Assembly: GCA_951406725.2 (NCBI GenBank)
Contig: OX597814.1
Location: forward strand, 13,516,001-13,580,000
Direction of reading: 5' to 3'
Length of the DNA: 64,000 nucleotides
Source: Octopus vulgaris
Lineage: Eukaryota
Made by a program: the position numbers and the translations under genes. This document shows, one piece after another, positions 13,040 to 28,289 of this stretch (positions are counted from its first letter, which is position 1; each line of letters starts with the position of its first letter). The notes below the pieces were generated by a model. It ran no database searches. It was not told where the DNA came from and worked only from the letters and a program-made list of their open reading frames with translations.

Positions 13040-13915
13040 AAACCAACCGTAAGACCATGAAGTGCTCGTACTCTACAGAATATCGATGCTCTGTACGTTT
13101 CAGTGTTACAGATCTCACGGCGTTAAGCTCGTAAGCAAGCAGCTGCAGTAAGGTTGTCCTAAGGACGTGCTCTCCAAATTCTCCATTTTTACATAAAATT
13201 TAACTTGTTTTAGCTGCAGATCTTGCAAGAACTGAAGGAGGACGACGAACATTTGCAATGAGAATGGAAAACATAAACGAAAGCAACGAATATCTGGACA
13301 CGCTATAGAGGCCAGATGAGTCCCATTTTTGTTTTAAAGGTTATGTGAATAGACACAACTATCGTTACTGGGCAGACAACAACCTTAATGAAATTCATGA
13401 ATGTCCTTTACACTGCAGCAAGTTGATGGTATGGTTCAGATCTTCGTCACAAGGGGTCATCGGACCTTATTTTATCGAAATAGAAGAGGCGTCACAACCA
13501 TTGTCTTTTCGGATCGATATGTTGAAATGCTGCAATCATTTTATTTCACCTACATTGAACAATTTTCCACAACTTCACGGTTTCAACAGGATGGTGTGAC
13601 ATCGCACATTACAAGTTAATCAGTGGCAGCTGTGTGAGATTTGTTCGGTAGCTATGTCATCTCAACATTCGGTGGCATTTTCTGGCCCCTAAGATCACTG
13701 GATTTGTCCGTTTGTGATTTTCTTCTTGTGGGGCCTCTTTAAGAGCCAAGGCTACATGGAACGACCAAGCACACTAGATGAAATGAAATAAAGAATTCAA
13801 GACATATTTTGTGGTGTACTAACTGAGACGTTGCACAAATCAATTGGGAATCTCAAGAGCAGACTGACAGAATAGATACGTAGAGGAGAACGCCATCTAC
13901 AAAACGTAGTTTTCT
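13040..13915 (+). mobile_element. Tc1/mariner transposase remnant (rosa/DD41D-like)
   Basis: DESHF..GYVNRHNYRYWA, GVIGPYF, FQQDGVTSH, WPLRSLDLSVCDF.LWG motifs with frameshifts. Confidence 0.85.
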
Positions 13916-14193
13916 CTCAAAATATCTCTAGAAATTTACGATAAATTGTATGAAACACTATGTGAAAAGTGACGGATGAAATAATCTCACTAAGGCACCG
14001 ACATTCGTAAGATGAATGGCACAATCGAATTAATTTAACTTTTGATCTGTTTCCTGGAATAGCATCTAAATAATCTAGTGGAATTAAGTGATGGTTTGCG
14101 ATGTCTGTGAATGCAATTACCGTGTAAATTAACGCTATATAATATCTCCAGGTTTACTACAATGTAAGCAACGTAAGTAGCGGATACAATGCA

Positions 14194-14243
<50 letters not shown>

Positions 14244-14318
14244 ATACATACATACATACATATATATATATATATATCCATATATATATATTTTGTGCAT
14301 TGTATCCGCATGTATGTA

Positions 14319-14368
<50 letters not shown>

Positions 14369-14412
14369 GTATATATCTATGTATGCATGTATTTGAGTGT
14401 GTACTTATGCTT

Positions 14413-14461
<49 letters not shown>

Positions 14462-14556
14462 GGAAATGAAGAAAATGCTGACAAATAATTGAAGTAATTT
14501 AAGTAATTTAATTAGGTGAAAGTTCTTTTTACCGGTTGCGCATTTGTTATGCTTAT

Positions 14557-14624
<68 letters not shown>

Positions 14625-15473
14625 TTATATATATATATTTATTTATTTATTTATTTATTTATATACATTATTCTAAAAGAAAAAAAAAATGCACTTATAT
14701 CAATTAAAATTAAATATTGCATTACAGAAAATAATTTCTCAATCATCTATTTACTACTACTGAAAATCCTAATACAATAACGTAATTTCAGTTCTGTGTT
14801 CAATGGATGGTAATAAAAACATCTGATGATTAACGATGAAGGTATGTATTACTTCGGGAGAGGAGAAGCTACAGATACTCTAATAGTGGTAATGATACAG
14901 TTGATATTGATGAAAATGGCAATGGATGTCGAAAGAAAGAATATTATCACTATGTATGGACATAGTCGAACCGATTCCGAAGGTGATGTTCATGTAGATA
15001 GCGACTTTTTCAAATTAGATTTTATACGGGCTAATTTTTAATTTATAGGTTAGCACTTCAAGATTTTCATACGTACATAATATATTTCTTTACTAATTAT
15101 GCAGTAGGGAGCCGAAATATTATAGCTGGTATATTGATATTATTGTAAAAAGCTCATGTTTCTAAGATGCTATCTATTTAAGATTGTAATCTTAGCTGCT
15201 TCGATGTATTTTCATACGTATATGCGCTATGATCGCTATAGATTAATATTTTTTCTTTTATTCAGCACAATTCATGTAGATAGCTTGGTATTGCGAAAAA
15301 TCTAATATTAAAGAAAGAGGTTAATTACTTTTAATGCTATTCAAACGGTGTACATTTCGTTTCGGATAGTCTCACTGCGTTGCAATCTAAGCATGTGTCT
15401 TGTACTAAAGCTTTGGGCCAACCAAAACCTTGTTATTAGAATTAGTAGACTGAATCTGTAAGAAACCCCTCCC

Positions 15474-16065
<592 letters not shown>

Positions 16066-16306
16066 GAGACATAGTGTTCAGGATACTACACTGACAATCG
16101 CAATAACCTGGTTTCAATTCATAGAGAGGGTAGAGGATTGTTTTCTTGAGCAAAAGAATTGATCTCAGGTTAGTATCTGTGATCACCTCGATAACTGATC
16201 CAATGTGCAGCACATACATTTGATCACTATAAAGAAAACATTTGTGCAGGTCACTTGGCAATTGGCTGAGCACTCACATCATGCTTTCGATGGGAGAGCT
16301 CATCAT

Positions 16307-16383
<77 letters not shown>

Positions 16384-16400
16384 TATATAGCTATATATGT

Positions 16401-16469
<69 letters not shown>

Positions 16470-16699
16470 CACACATACATGAGTGTGCTTTTGCGTATTG
16501 GTGTCTTCTCCTCAGGCTGCGCATGTATACAAACATCGTTGAATCAAATTAATACAATATTATGCATAATTAATGCAAAATTAAAGAATTAACAGCTAAA
16601 ATGATGCCTTGATGTAATTACAGTGATATTTGATGATGTTAGTTTAATCGATTTTCGCATATCAATATTTAGACACACGTGCCTGTGCTTGTGCCTGTG

Positions 16700-16920
16700 T
16701 GTTTATGCATATATATGTGCGTGCGTGTGTGTATTTGCGTGTGTACTTCTTTGTGTCTATATTTCTCCCCCTCCCCCCACGCCATTGCTCAACAACGCAT
16801 TTTAGTGTTTTTTACCGAAAGAATAAGTACCAGGCTTACAAAGGAGTCCTAGGGTCAATCTCTTCGACTAAAAGGTGGAGCTCCAGCATGGCCGTGGTCA
16901 ATTAACTGGGAGAATAAAAG
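16700..16920 (+). mobile_element. 3' fragment of the CORE-type SINE
   Basis: gaataagtac...ctccagcatggccg matches the tail of the 30530 copy. Confidence 0.75.
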
Positions 16921-16938
16921 AACGTATACACACACACG

Positions 16939-16989
<51 letters not shown>

Positions 16990-16992
16990 ATA

Positions 16993-17040
<48 letters not shown>

Positions 17041-17175
17041 TATAATAATATGCACTGCTCTCTCACTCAATAATAATAATAATAATAATAATAGGGAGTA
17101 AATGCAAACTTACAGGGAAATATTAGATTTAGGATTAAATCTAATTTTATAGTATATATATATATATATATATTA

Positions 17176-17390
17176 AATTAGAGATGAAAACACTATTAGG
17201 CAAATCAAACAGTGAAACACATAAACCAAAATATAGAAATAAAATTAATTAATATAATATACAAAATATATATAAGAAAAGAATTTTGTATTTTATATAT
17301 TTTGTATATTATATTAATTAATTTTATTTCTATATTTTGGTTTATGTTTTGCACTCTTTGATTTGCCTAATAGTGGTTTTATCTCTAATT
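17176..17390. repeat. ~100-bp-arm imperfect palindrome between (TA)n tracts
   Basis: AATTAGAGATGAAAACACTATTAGGCAAATCAAA... versus ...TTTGATTTGCCTAATAGTGGTTTTATCTCTAATT. Confidence 0.9.
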
Positions 17391-17461
17391 ATATATATAT
17401 ATATATACACAAAGAGAGCGACAGACAGACAGAGCGAGAGAGATATGTATACACTTATAAA

Positions 17462-17529
<68 letters not shown>

Positions 17530-17609
17530 GTATATAAAGTGTAAAGCGTTAAAGACGCTCTTCAGTCTTGAAAGATCATGGGATTGCACCTAGAATGTTA
17601 CCTTGTGTT

Positions 17610-18400
<791 letters not shown>

Positions 18401-18427
18401 ATGAATGAATTTATGTATATCGATATG

Positions 18428-18472
<45 letters not shown>

Positions 18473-18589
18473 CACAAACACATATTAAGAATCGTGCAAA
18501 CCAAATCCAAAAGCGATATATATATAAAAATCGCCAACGGTACACACGCGTTCACATTTTATATACGTGTGTGTGTGTGTTTTACAAAA

Positions 18590-19560
18590 ACATTCCTGAT
18601 CTTCCTGCTTGGTCCATACTTTACTTTCGCTAATAGGATACTATCCTTCACTCCAAATATTTCCATTCCTATATCGTAAATTGAGCTTGCTAATTTTCCC
18701 AGCTTCTCCAATATAGTTCCCATCATTTTAATAAAGAGCTTGAAATACCTTGTCCTCAAACTATTTATATCTTACTTTCTAATTGCCAGAAGGCCACAGA
18801 ACCCTCGGTTTCATCCGAGTACTATCTGTTGGGAAGTTTCCTGTTGGGGAGCGGTCTTTCTTGTAGCATTTATCGATTCGCTGTGGCTTGAATCCGGGGA
18901 TTATTTGGCTCGTGTTTTACAATGAGATACACACTGTTCTGTCCTCTTCTTACCTGATGAATCTTCAAACCTCGCTCGGTTACAAAGGTCCAAAAGTACA
19001 GGTTGCGTTCAAAGTTGTTTTCACTTGTTTCGCTGTTCGAAGGAATAGCCGTATTTTTGTTCAAGGCCATTTCTGTATTAACTGAGTTTGATTGATTCTC
19101 GACTCCCACCTCTCGGCCAATCAATGGGCTATCATTCTCATTGGTAGCATGGTACAGAGGCGAAGATTGTAAGTCCGAAGCCTCCGTCAGTCTTTCCTAG
19201 TGCCGATAGTTTTTCCCATTGTCCACTCGTCTTTCCAGGCAGTCCTCTTTTCTTTCCAAGATGCCTAACACTTTCACCAGTATGTCAGTGGTAACCTACC
19301 ACAAGGCATTAGATATTTTGTAAACAACTCGCACTTGCAGGTGCTACCATTCGAAAGCTCCACATATCGCAAGCCAGCAAGTGTATGGGGAGAATGCGCG
19401 CCGTTTCTGGACCTACCGCTCGACGGCATCATCGTGCAGAGCACCCACCTCACTGATATGAAGCCCCGCTTGTTAGATCAACTGAGTTACCAAATAAAGC
19501 TCAATATTCTTCTAGCCATCGCTCATCGTCTCTTTTTAGCGAAATCAGTGGTTAGACTTT
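18590..19560 (-). mobile_element. HERO-clade LINE 5' part (UTR and N-terminal ORF)
   Basis: ERGLKIHQVRR (zinc-finger remnant) and GTILEKLGKLASSIYDIGMEIFG...SRKIR resemble HERO ORF N-termini. Confidence 0.65.
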
Positions 19561-19589
19561 TCCACTGTAGATTCGATATCTTTCATGGC

Positions 19590-20310
19590 GGTATGGAAGA
19601 AACCGATGTTGGATTAACAGCAATTGGCAAGTTACAAGGTAAATATAAAATTTGGTGCTAACATTTCGGATTGCATCCGTGACTTTTGTGGCCACTTTTA
19701 ATATACGAGGTAGCACTGTCACGCGTTCAAATCATTGAATAAAAATGCAATGTGTTCATTCGAAAATGACTAGGCATACATCCGATATTGAACAGTTCAA
19801 TCGTAAAAAGGCTCGTTGCAGTTACGACTGGAGTCAATAGCCGAAATTTATAAGCTCGGTAAGTATGAATGGTGATGATGCTGAAAGAGCTGAAGGATGT
19901 AGAAATCAGGCGTAATGCACCAGATGTGGAAAGTGGAAAACAGAAGCAGTAACTGATGGTATTCTGTCTTCTCTTACACACCAAGATATGGTGGATGCAA
20001 CATAAATTCATCGGAAAGGACGTGGTTTTGCCGCAGATCGGTTCGGAGCGTTTGCAAGTATGATGCGGAGTGAACGCAGATCTGTTGTTAGCAATAGCGT
20101 AAAAACAAGGTAAACATAATGTAGAAAGCTTCTCTTGATCCAATGTACTCAACAAGGACAGATGACGTGTTGGAAGGAACATGTTGTTGAGAGAAAAATA
20201 AGTTGGAATGAGATATGTAGGTGGACTGCATCTCGGCCAAGTTTTCTGATTCGTTCATCCTATGAGGTCTCGTTCAACTATGATGATTCGTTCAACTAAT
20301 GTGCCTCGTC
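19590..20310 (+). mobile_element. HERO-clade LINE, post-RT region
   Basis: LQGKYKIWC*HFGLHP*LLWPLLIYEV...FIRK*LG resembles HERO LPGKFK.W..QHG.LPR.LWPLL.YEV...RRWLG. Confidence 0.8.
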
Positions 20311-20514
20311 CAACTGTCACTAGAATTGAACATATATACATGGAGACACAACCTGGTCTTAAGGTTATCTTCAATGCTATAAAGAGTGGTAGAGAGGAAG
20401 AGAGAGTGAGAGAAAGTGTGATCATTATTATCATTTTTTATTTTATGCCAGAAGAAATGCAGATAGGATAATGCATGCATGATTTTGTTTTTCTACATGT
20501 ATAATTTGCACAGA

Positions 20515-20637
20515 AACATATATACATATAATACATACGTGTGCACATACATACATACTTACATACACACATACACATACATACATACATATATACATAC
20601 ATACATACATACATACATACATACATACATACATACA

Positions 20638-20671
<34 letters not shown>

Positions 20672-20710
20672 CATACATACATATGTACGTACATACTTAC
20701 ATGCATACTT
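20515..20710. repeat. (TACA)n microsatellite
   Basis: Directly visible. Confidence 0.95.
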
Positions 20711-21477
20711 AAGTAAAATCGCTGCCATATGTTACTGAAATTTAATGACATACTTAGAGTCATTTATAATTTCCTTCCTATGAATATGTGTAGATTTTCA
20801 CATATTGTAGAGATGCTGTCTTTTTTAGTTCATCCTTATCCTTACATTTTTAATGTATAAACTAAATTTATGCTGGATTTTATAATACGTTGTACTTTGA
20901 TGTATCCGAATATAATAGAAGCATAATATTTTTCTCAATTTTAAGCAATGTGAATACTACATAACTGCTGAATTTTCTTGCACCTTTTTGTTAATTAAAA
21001 AATGAACCTTAAACGGCAAATGTCTTGATGTAGAAACAAATTCAATCGTAAGAGTTTAAGTTCTTTGCAGCTTTTTATATTTACATATCATCATGCATTT
21101 TATTTTTACATTTTTATAATGAACTTGTTAATGTGTGTAAATTGAAATTATAGTTGGTTTATTCATTTTCTCATTTAATTCAACAAAAAGACTGATGCAC
21201 ATTGTTCTTTGAAGATATATTGCTAATTGCTCATGGTTTTTAGATCAGTGTACTTTGTTTGATTCTTCTTACAATAAATACTGTAGCTTACTTTCCTGCA
21301 TCTCTTCCTTCTATATGTTAAGGTTTTCATGTCACTATATAGTCACATGAAAACATTAACATTTGCAATATTATCAAGCAAGTAGTTATTTTAATAGAGT
21401 TAGATATCATAAATAAAAATGTAAGCAGCCTCATTTTCTTCCTTTTCATTTAGCATTACTAGGCGTATATAATAAAA

Positions 21478-21876
21478 CTTGCAGTGTCACCCGGCGTTGC
21501 TCGGTTTGTAAGGGAAATAACTATATAAGCATTTTTAGAGAGTTATAGCTAAAAAATAGCAAAAAAATGCATTAAAAATGGAAAAAAAATTATGGTAATT
21601 TTTTCTAAAAATCGTTGACTCATCGTAGACATTTTTAGAGAGTTACTTCCCCAATATAATAGCGAAAAAATGCATTAAAATGGAAAAAAAAATGATGGTA
21701 ATTTTTTTTTAAAATCGTAGACTTATCGTAGACGCGCGCTAATACCGAGAAGGGCTCGATATGAATCACGACTATAAGATACCCAGTTTTGGTTAAACTG
21801 CACCGCAAAATGTGGGAGTAGTTAGGAATCTAAATCGTAGGAGACAGACACACAGCTTGACTTTTATATATAAAGA
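21478..21876 (-). mobile_element. Non-autonomous Helitron-like element
   Basis: Minus strand starts TCTTTATATATAAAAG and ends with a CCGAGCAACGCCGGG hairpin plus degenerate CTAG; internal direct duplication. Confidence 0.8.
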
Positions 21877-22473
21877 TATCCCAATTGATTTTCATAACGA
21901 AAAACACAACATTATTAAAGCTACATTTAATTGATGATGACATATAGTATAATATAATTTTTCTTCCTCAAATTTGCTATTTCATTGAAATCAACATCTA
22001 AAATGTAATTGATTGTTATGGCCATTAACTCTGTCTTTACCGCTTATGCGTGTGAGCAAGACGATATTATTCATCTGTCACTTTCTACTTTGTATGATTT
22101 ATATTTAAAAGTTAACAATTACAATATACATTAAACATATAATGCAGTTGGTGCAGCTTACACTCGAGTGCAAAATTTACTCTTAATCTGCCGAAAAGAA
22201 GGCAAATAAAATTCCGTTTTGAAGAGTTAATAATGGCGTATTTGGGGCAAGTAATATTTTACAAGTAGTCAGAAATGTCATTTCCCAATAGAATATTTTA
22301 TAAATCAAGATCTAATATTAAATGTTTAACCATTTAATATGATTATGGAAATGAGACTTAATTTGAAACCTCTTCAGCAAACAAAGGTCATCACTACATA
22401 TAAGATATATTATACAAGTTATAACATGTTTTTTTTATTTTCTATTTTGCATATAAACCCTTGCAAACACACA

Positions 22474-22633
<160 letters not shown>

Positions 22634-22639
22634 TATAGT

Positions 22640-22985
22640 TCCGTCCGTGGCACCCCGTCGGTTACGAAGACGAGGGTTCCAGTTGTTCCGATCAACGGAA
22701 CTGCCTGTTAGTGAAATTAACTTGCAATTGGCTGGTTAATCCACAAACACGTGCACACTTAAAATAGTTCTCGTGGAGATTCAGTGTGACGAGGCTAGCC
22801 CTTTGAAACAAAGGTACAAGAGAAACAGGAAAAAAAGAGAAAGTTTTAGTGAAAGAATACAACAGGGTTCACCACGATCCCCTGCCGGAACCTCGTGGAC
22901 ATTTAGGTGTTTTCGCCCAATAAATCTCACAAGGCCCGGTCTGGGAATCGAAACCCCGATCTTATGACGGCAAGTCCGCTTCCCT
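22640..22985 (-). mobile_element. Degenerate copy of the 15651/31217 SINE
   Basis: Reverse complement of that family's body and head. Confidence 0.8.
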
Positions 22986-22999
22986 ACTATATAATCCTA

Positions 23000-23900
23000 T
23001 CCTCTTAAATAAGGCGATCATGCTTGCTATGAAAAACTCAGCACGTACTAGAAAAGAAGTAGACATTATTTTAGCGGCTAGCAAATCGATTATAAAATTT
23101 GAGGGAAAGTACAGAGTAAAAAAGGAGAAACCAGAAATGTTCGATTTAACTATGGGATGGACAGACTCTGCACAGAATACAGATAACAGTTAGTAGGGAT
23201 ATATATTTCCTTTTCCCTGTATAAGGAACACCCAGAAATAGAAGGGGTTGGTCTATACAGGGGTAATGCGTTTTTCACCTCTCAAACCGGGACATAAAAA
23301 TAATATACGAAAAATATTTTAGATTCTTTGGAAACAGAAATATCAAAATCTATAGAAGAGGAACATAACTCAGTTAACGTTTTACAGGTATACACAGGTC
23401 TTCTCATAATAATACTAATACTAACCCAATACTAACCTTAGATACATTCATAAAAATAGCAAACAGCCAAAGAAGTATGACCCAATCAATAGTAGAAAAT
23501 AGACCAATCCAGGTTCAGTCCACTTGGCTCTAATTGCAAACATAAAAATATCGGATATATATGTAAGGTTACCTCAGAGAATAAATAATATTTCTATATA
23601 TGAGCTAGTTCATGTTATATTAAGCAGGATATTGCCAATAATTAGAAATAGAGACAAAAATGAATAATACTAGCCTTACTAAATTAATTTGGGCACTTAA
23701 AGATAGTAACAACATAATTCCGATTGCTTGGGGAATTTTTAGTAAGGCAAAACCTTATAGAATAGTCAATAATAAATGTGTGGGAGAATTGTACCAATTT
23801 CTTTTCTAAATATTCTATTATAAACACTAGAGAGGAATAGACTATGAGATGTCTAAACGCTTTAAAGAAAGACGAATTGCCATCTATAGTAATTATACTA
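23000..23900 (+). mobile_element. Penelope-like element remnant
   Basis: FDLTMG..DSA, GLYRG and WALKDSNN..IAWGIFSKAKPY...NKC match Penelope RT and GIY-YIG C-terminal motifs. Confidence 0.75.
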
Positions 23901-23906
23901 GTTAAC

Positions 23907-24200
23907 ACAATAATCAAGGGAGCTGAAGTCTGGTGAGTTAGGTGGTCAGATGCTAATGGTAATGTGGTCACCCTGACTGGGTTATCCTGCTTGTGTGGCA
24001 TGGTGTAATGTTCTGTAGCCAGACATAGAGCCTTCTATCATTCACCATGTTGACCCTGGGCAGCACTACCTCCTCCATGTTTCCGTGTTGAGTTTGAGGC
24101 CGTGTGGGAAGATGAATGGAGGCATAACTACGCCATCACTAGTGATCACTCCAAAGACCAGGATGTTGACTGGATGTTTGATTTATATCACTCTAGGTAC
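23907..24200 (-). mobile_element. Tc1/mariner (maT/DD37D-like) transposase fragment
   Basis: KHPVNILVFGVITSDGVVMPPFIFPHGLKLNTE, PCHTSR, PPNSPDFSSLDY. Confidence 0.85.
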
Positions 24201-25307
24201 ATGCCCTTAGATTGTAGTGTCCACATTTTGACGTCCACACACTTTGAAATGTTTGTATTAGAGATTCTGGCGCGCATGCCAAACAGTACAACATGTTTCC
24301 AAATTGCTGTCAAAGTGAATTCCGTTATGGAGTTGCTTTCCCCACTTCGTAAATAGAAACTTATCTGAACAGCGTTAAGAATTAAAGATGTTTTATATAG
24401 CACATGCTACCTGTATAGGAAGTTTCAAAGTGTTTAGTTAAAGAAAATTAATTAATCGAGCTGCCGATCAAAAGGAAAAAAATCACAGCTTTATAAGTAA
24501 CGCTTTGAAATCTGATGGTGCCGCACTATCTCATCTCTTCTTTCTTGATATTTCTATCTCTCTTGTCGCATCATCACTCTTTAAATTTTGATAGGTATAT
24601 ATTTTAGAAATGGCTAGTTTCAGTTGCTGCGTCATATTACTATGGCTAAGGTATATATAACGAGATTTGTATACATTCCATTTATTTTTTGCGAGAATGA
24701 GAAAAGTAATATATGTTTGTGAGTAGGTGACATCTGTGATTAATTTTAGTTCGGTAAACTGCATCCTTATAATTGCTATTGCTAAATTAACAAAGAAATC
24801 GGGTAAAAAAAAAATCCATATAAACACACCATGGAGGAATATTTTTCTGCTACATGATACAGAAGTAAAATATGTGTAGGCATTCAAAATGTCCATCATT
24901 CGGACATATGGCGGCAGCTATATAAATACTAGCATCAGATTTTTACACAGAACAGTAAGTAGAGATGTTGTGAAAGCAGCATCTTAACCAGAATAACATG
25001 TACACGATGCGAGTAAAATTAATTAAAATCTGCAAACATGCTCGCACAAAAAACCTTCACACTCAAAACATATGTATATACAAACGAGTGTAGTTATGTT
25101 GGCAGCAGCAAAGGAATGCATTATTAAAATAGACATCAGTAACGAAATTCTAATCAGTACAATTGCTTGCACTGAATATAAAAATAAACAAATGAAATGG
25201 CTTCAGAAAATCGAATTCCTCTTTTTCTGGATCCAGAGTCAATAGATTTGTAAGGAAGATGTGTTTATAAGGAGGAAAGTATGAATGCATGTATGTAGTT
25301 AAATGTA

Positions 25308-25425
<118 letters not shown>

Positions 25426-25450
25426 GTTAAATGTAATAATATATATATAT

Positions 25451-25720
25451 AATTATGTCTGTGTCAAACAACACTGTAGTTGACAAGTTAAACTTCATTA
25501 CTACACACACACAAATACACCCCCCACCCACACACATATACATGTACATATATATACAAATACAGGTGTGCGTTTGTGTGCGCGTGTGTGTTTTAGACGA
25601 TATGAATAGTTTGAATTTCGAAGAGAGATCAGCGTTGAAATAAAACCATAGCAGACGTACAGTGTAGAAATGAAGAAGTTTAACTTGTCAACTACAGTGT
25701 GGTGTGACACAGATATAATT
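25451..25720. repeat. ~55-bp imperfect inverted repeat adjacent to (TA)n
   Basis: TCTGTGTCAAACAACACTGTAGTTGACAAGTTAAACTTC versus GAAGTTTAACTTGTCAACTACAGTGTGGTGTGACACAGA. Confidence 0.9.
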
Positions 25721-26649
25721 TTATATTATTCTACCTGACTGCATGTAGCAGTCAATATATTTCGAAGGACGCCTTTTCTAATCAAATGTCGAAGTGCATT
25801 TTTCGTATAGCATCAATTTTGGTACTATTATGATGAAAAATCGAGAAGATTCTGTTCGACATTTCTGTTGTTTGGTGTTGCTTCCCATTATAAAAGCCGT
25901 TTGAACATGTGCACCACTTTGTTAACCTCACAGCATCCAAATCGAGATGTATTGAGCAAAATGTGATTAGCTGTCTTGATAAATAAAATGTAGAAGAAAA
26001 TTTTAAAACATAATAATTTGTAATTTAGCATAAGGTTAATTTCTATTCCATGATATTTATAAATTCAAAAATAAGTATTGCATTAGTGGAAATTATATAA
26101 ATTTTAAAGGTATATGTAATATTCTATTGATGTAAGGTCATAATTTTTGAGCGGGGTTGATAATGGATTATATCAACTTCCGAGTTCAAATGGGATGTGT
26201 TTCATCAACCCCAAAACGTTAAGAAACAAAATCGAACTCAATGGACTTTGAATTCATATTATGAAACCAGAAGAAATGTTACTATAGATTTCTGTTCGGC
26301 GTGCTAGTGATTCTTCCATATTGCCGTCCTACTCATCTAGGCAATAATTCTAAGTACATATGATTTTATTATAACTTTGTTCGTAAAATAACTTTCTGTT
26401 ATGCTTCTTTAAAAGCCATTATATGCATATAGACATGATTTTACCTACTATAGGTTGTGATTTGTACAACCTCATTTTATTATGTTGCATCGATGACCAA
26501 ATCACTTATATTTCAATCAGTGACATTCATTAAATGACTAAAGCCGATTCGTGAAGAAGGTAAGTTAAGCTAATATTTATCAAATTATTCAATGGTCTTA
26601 CAATTTCAAACCCTATGTGTAGATAACATATCAGTGGATATATATTTTC

Positions 26650-26950
26650 TATGCGCCCTTTTCAAGCCTAATCAGGCTTTCCCGGTTTCTGGTTTCTGTG
26701 GCGTATGAGTTCCGCCCAGCTGGAGGGGACACCAGTCTATCGCGGCGTTGCCTAAGAAGCAGGAAGAAAGAATGAGAGAAAGTTGGGGCAAAAGAGTACA
26801 ACAAGGGTCGGCACCACCCCCTACCGGAGCCTCGGGGAGCTTTAGGGGTTTTCGCTCAATTAACGCACACAATGCCCAGTCTGGGAATCGTAACTGCGAT
26901 TCTCCGACCGCGAGTCCGCTGCCCTAATCACTGGGCCATTGCGCTTCCAC
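26650..26950 (-). mobile_element. SINE with the 31217-type head and a different tail
   Basis: Head matches 31217 (reverse complement); tail contains GCGATAGACTGGTGTCCCCTCCAG. Confidence 0.8.
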
Positions 26951-27020
26951 AGTGGATATATTATGACATTAATATTTATTGTTATGTCACTACTGGCACA
27001 ATATTTCATCCACACGCTCA

Positions 27021-27630
27021 GGACGGCGAGCTGGCAGAAACGTTAGCACGCCGGGTGAAATACGTAGCCGTATTTCGTCCGCCGTTACGTTCTGAATTAA
27101 AATTCCGCTGAGGTCGACTTTGCCTTTCATCATTTCGGGGTCGATAAATTAAGTACCAGGTACGCACTAGGGTCGATGTAAACGACTTAATACGTATGTC
27201 TGTCCCTGTTTGTCCTCTGTGTGTTTAGCCTCTTGTGGGTAGTAAAGAAATAGGTATTTCGTCTGCCGTTACGTTGTGAGTTCAAATTCCGCCGAGGTCG
27301 ACTTTGCCTTTCATCCTTTCGGGGTCGATAAATCAAGTACCAGTTACGCACTGGGGTCATGTAATCGACTTAATCCGTTTGTCTGTCCTTGTTTGCCTCT
27401 CTGTGTTTACCCCCTTGTGGGTGGTAAACAAAGAGAAATAGGTATTTCGTCTGCCGTTACGATCTGAGTTCCAATACCGCCGAGTTCGACTTTGCCTTTC
27501 ATTATTTCAGGCTTGATTAAATAAGTACCAGTTACGCTCTGGGTTTGATGTAATCGACTTAATCACTTTTTTGAGTTCTTGTTTGTATGTTTCTATGTTT
27601 AGCCCCCGGTGCGCAATAAAGAAATAAATA
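27021..27630 (+). mobile_element. tRNA-derived SINE (Meta-domain-like core) with two extra tandem body repeats
   Basis: GTCGACTTTGCCTTTCATCCTTTCGGGGTCGATAAA-type core occurs three times; only the first unit has the head. Confidence 0.9.
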
Positions 27631-28289
27631 TTTACCGCAAGCCTAAATTACTTAACGACATTTCTTTCATCTTTACGTGCTGATTTCTAATTCCACCTAT
27701 GTTGACGTTGCTTTAATCTTTTGGGGCTCGATAAAATGTGTTCCCATTGAAAATTTTGGTAGATGTAATCGGCTTTCCCTTTCCTCAGACATTCTTGGCC
27801 ATGTGCCAAAATTTGAAACCAATATTGTATTTCATTGTATTACTTTTATAATGCAGGCATCCTTGCAACTAGCAAGATTTACGAAGCAATTAATCTCTGG
27901 CTAGAAATATTAATGCATATGTTGCATGATTTTTTATAAAAATAATATTTTAAATAATTCAGTTGATCATCAATGCTATTTCGCAGTGACGAAACTTAAA
28001 AACCTATCAATAGATTTCGTCTATAGTAATCAAGAAAAAGTATACTTTATATTTACGTCGACTGCTTCGATAAGCCTCGTTAACTATCAGGTTAAGTTCA
28101 AAGTAAGCAACGTTTTGAATCATGAATAATTTATACTGAATGTTTTCAGTTACAACTTTTAAACATTTTTTTTGCAATTGTCTGATAATACAAACAGAGA
28201 TTAGCCCAAATGCATCAATAAATCAACATTGATATTTTTTTTCACCGTTGTTCCAATCATCTTTTCGAAGAGATTGTACCGTTCAGAAT

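Noticed and set aside
21316-21361. Hairpin as a candidate pre-miRNA
   Set aside because: Only ~46 nt with almost no loop; better explained as a TA-centred palindrome; no expression data.
24531-24899. 122-aa minus-strand ORF with FN3-like look (YITFLILAKNK)
   Set aside because: The + strand gives a longer, ordered FN3-TM-basic series; the minus ORF is probably an antisense shadow. It also shows how easily such motifs can be over-read.
27021-27630. Repeat array as CRISPR-like
   Set aside because: Eukaryotic SINE multimer with no unique spacers and no cas genes.
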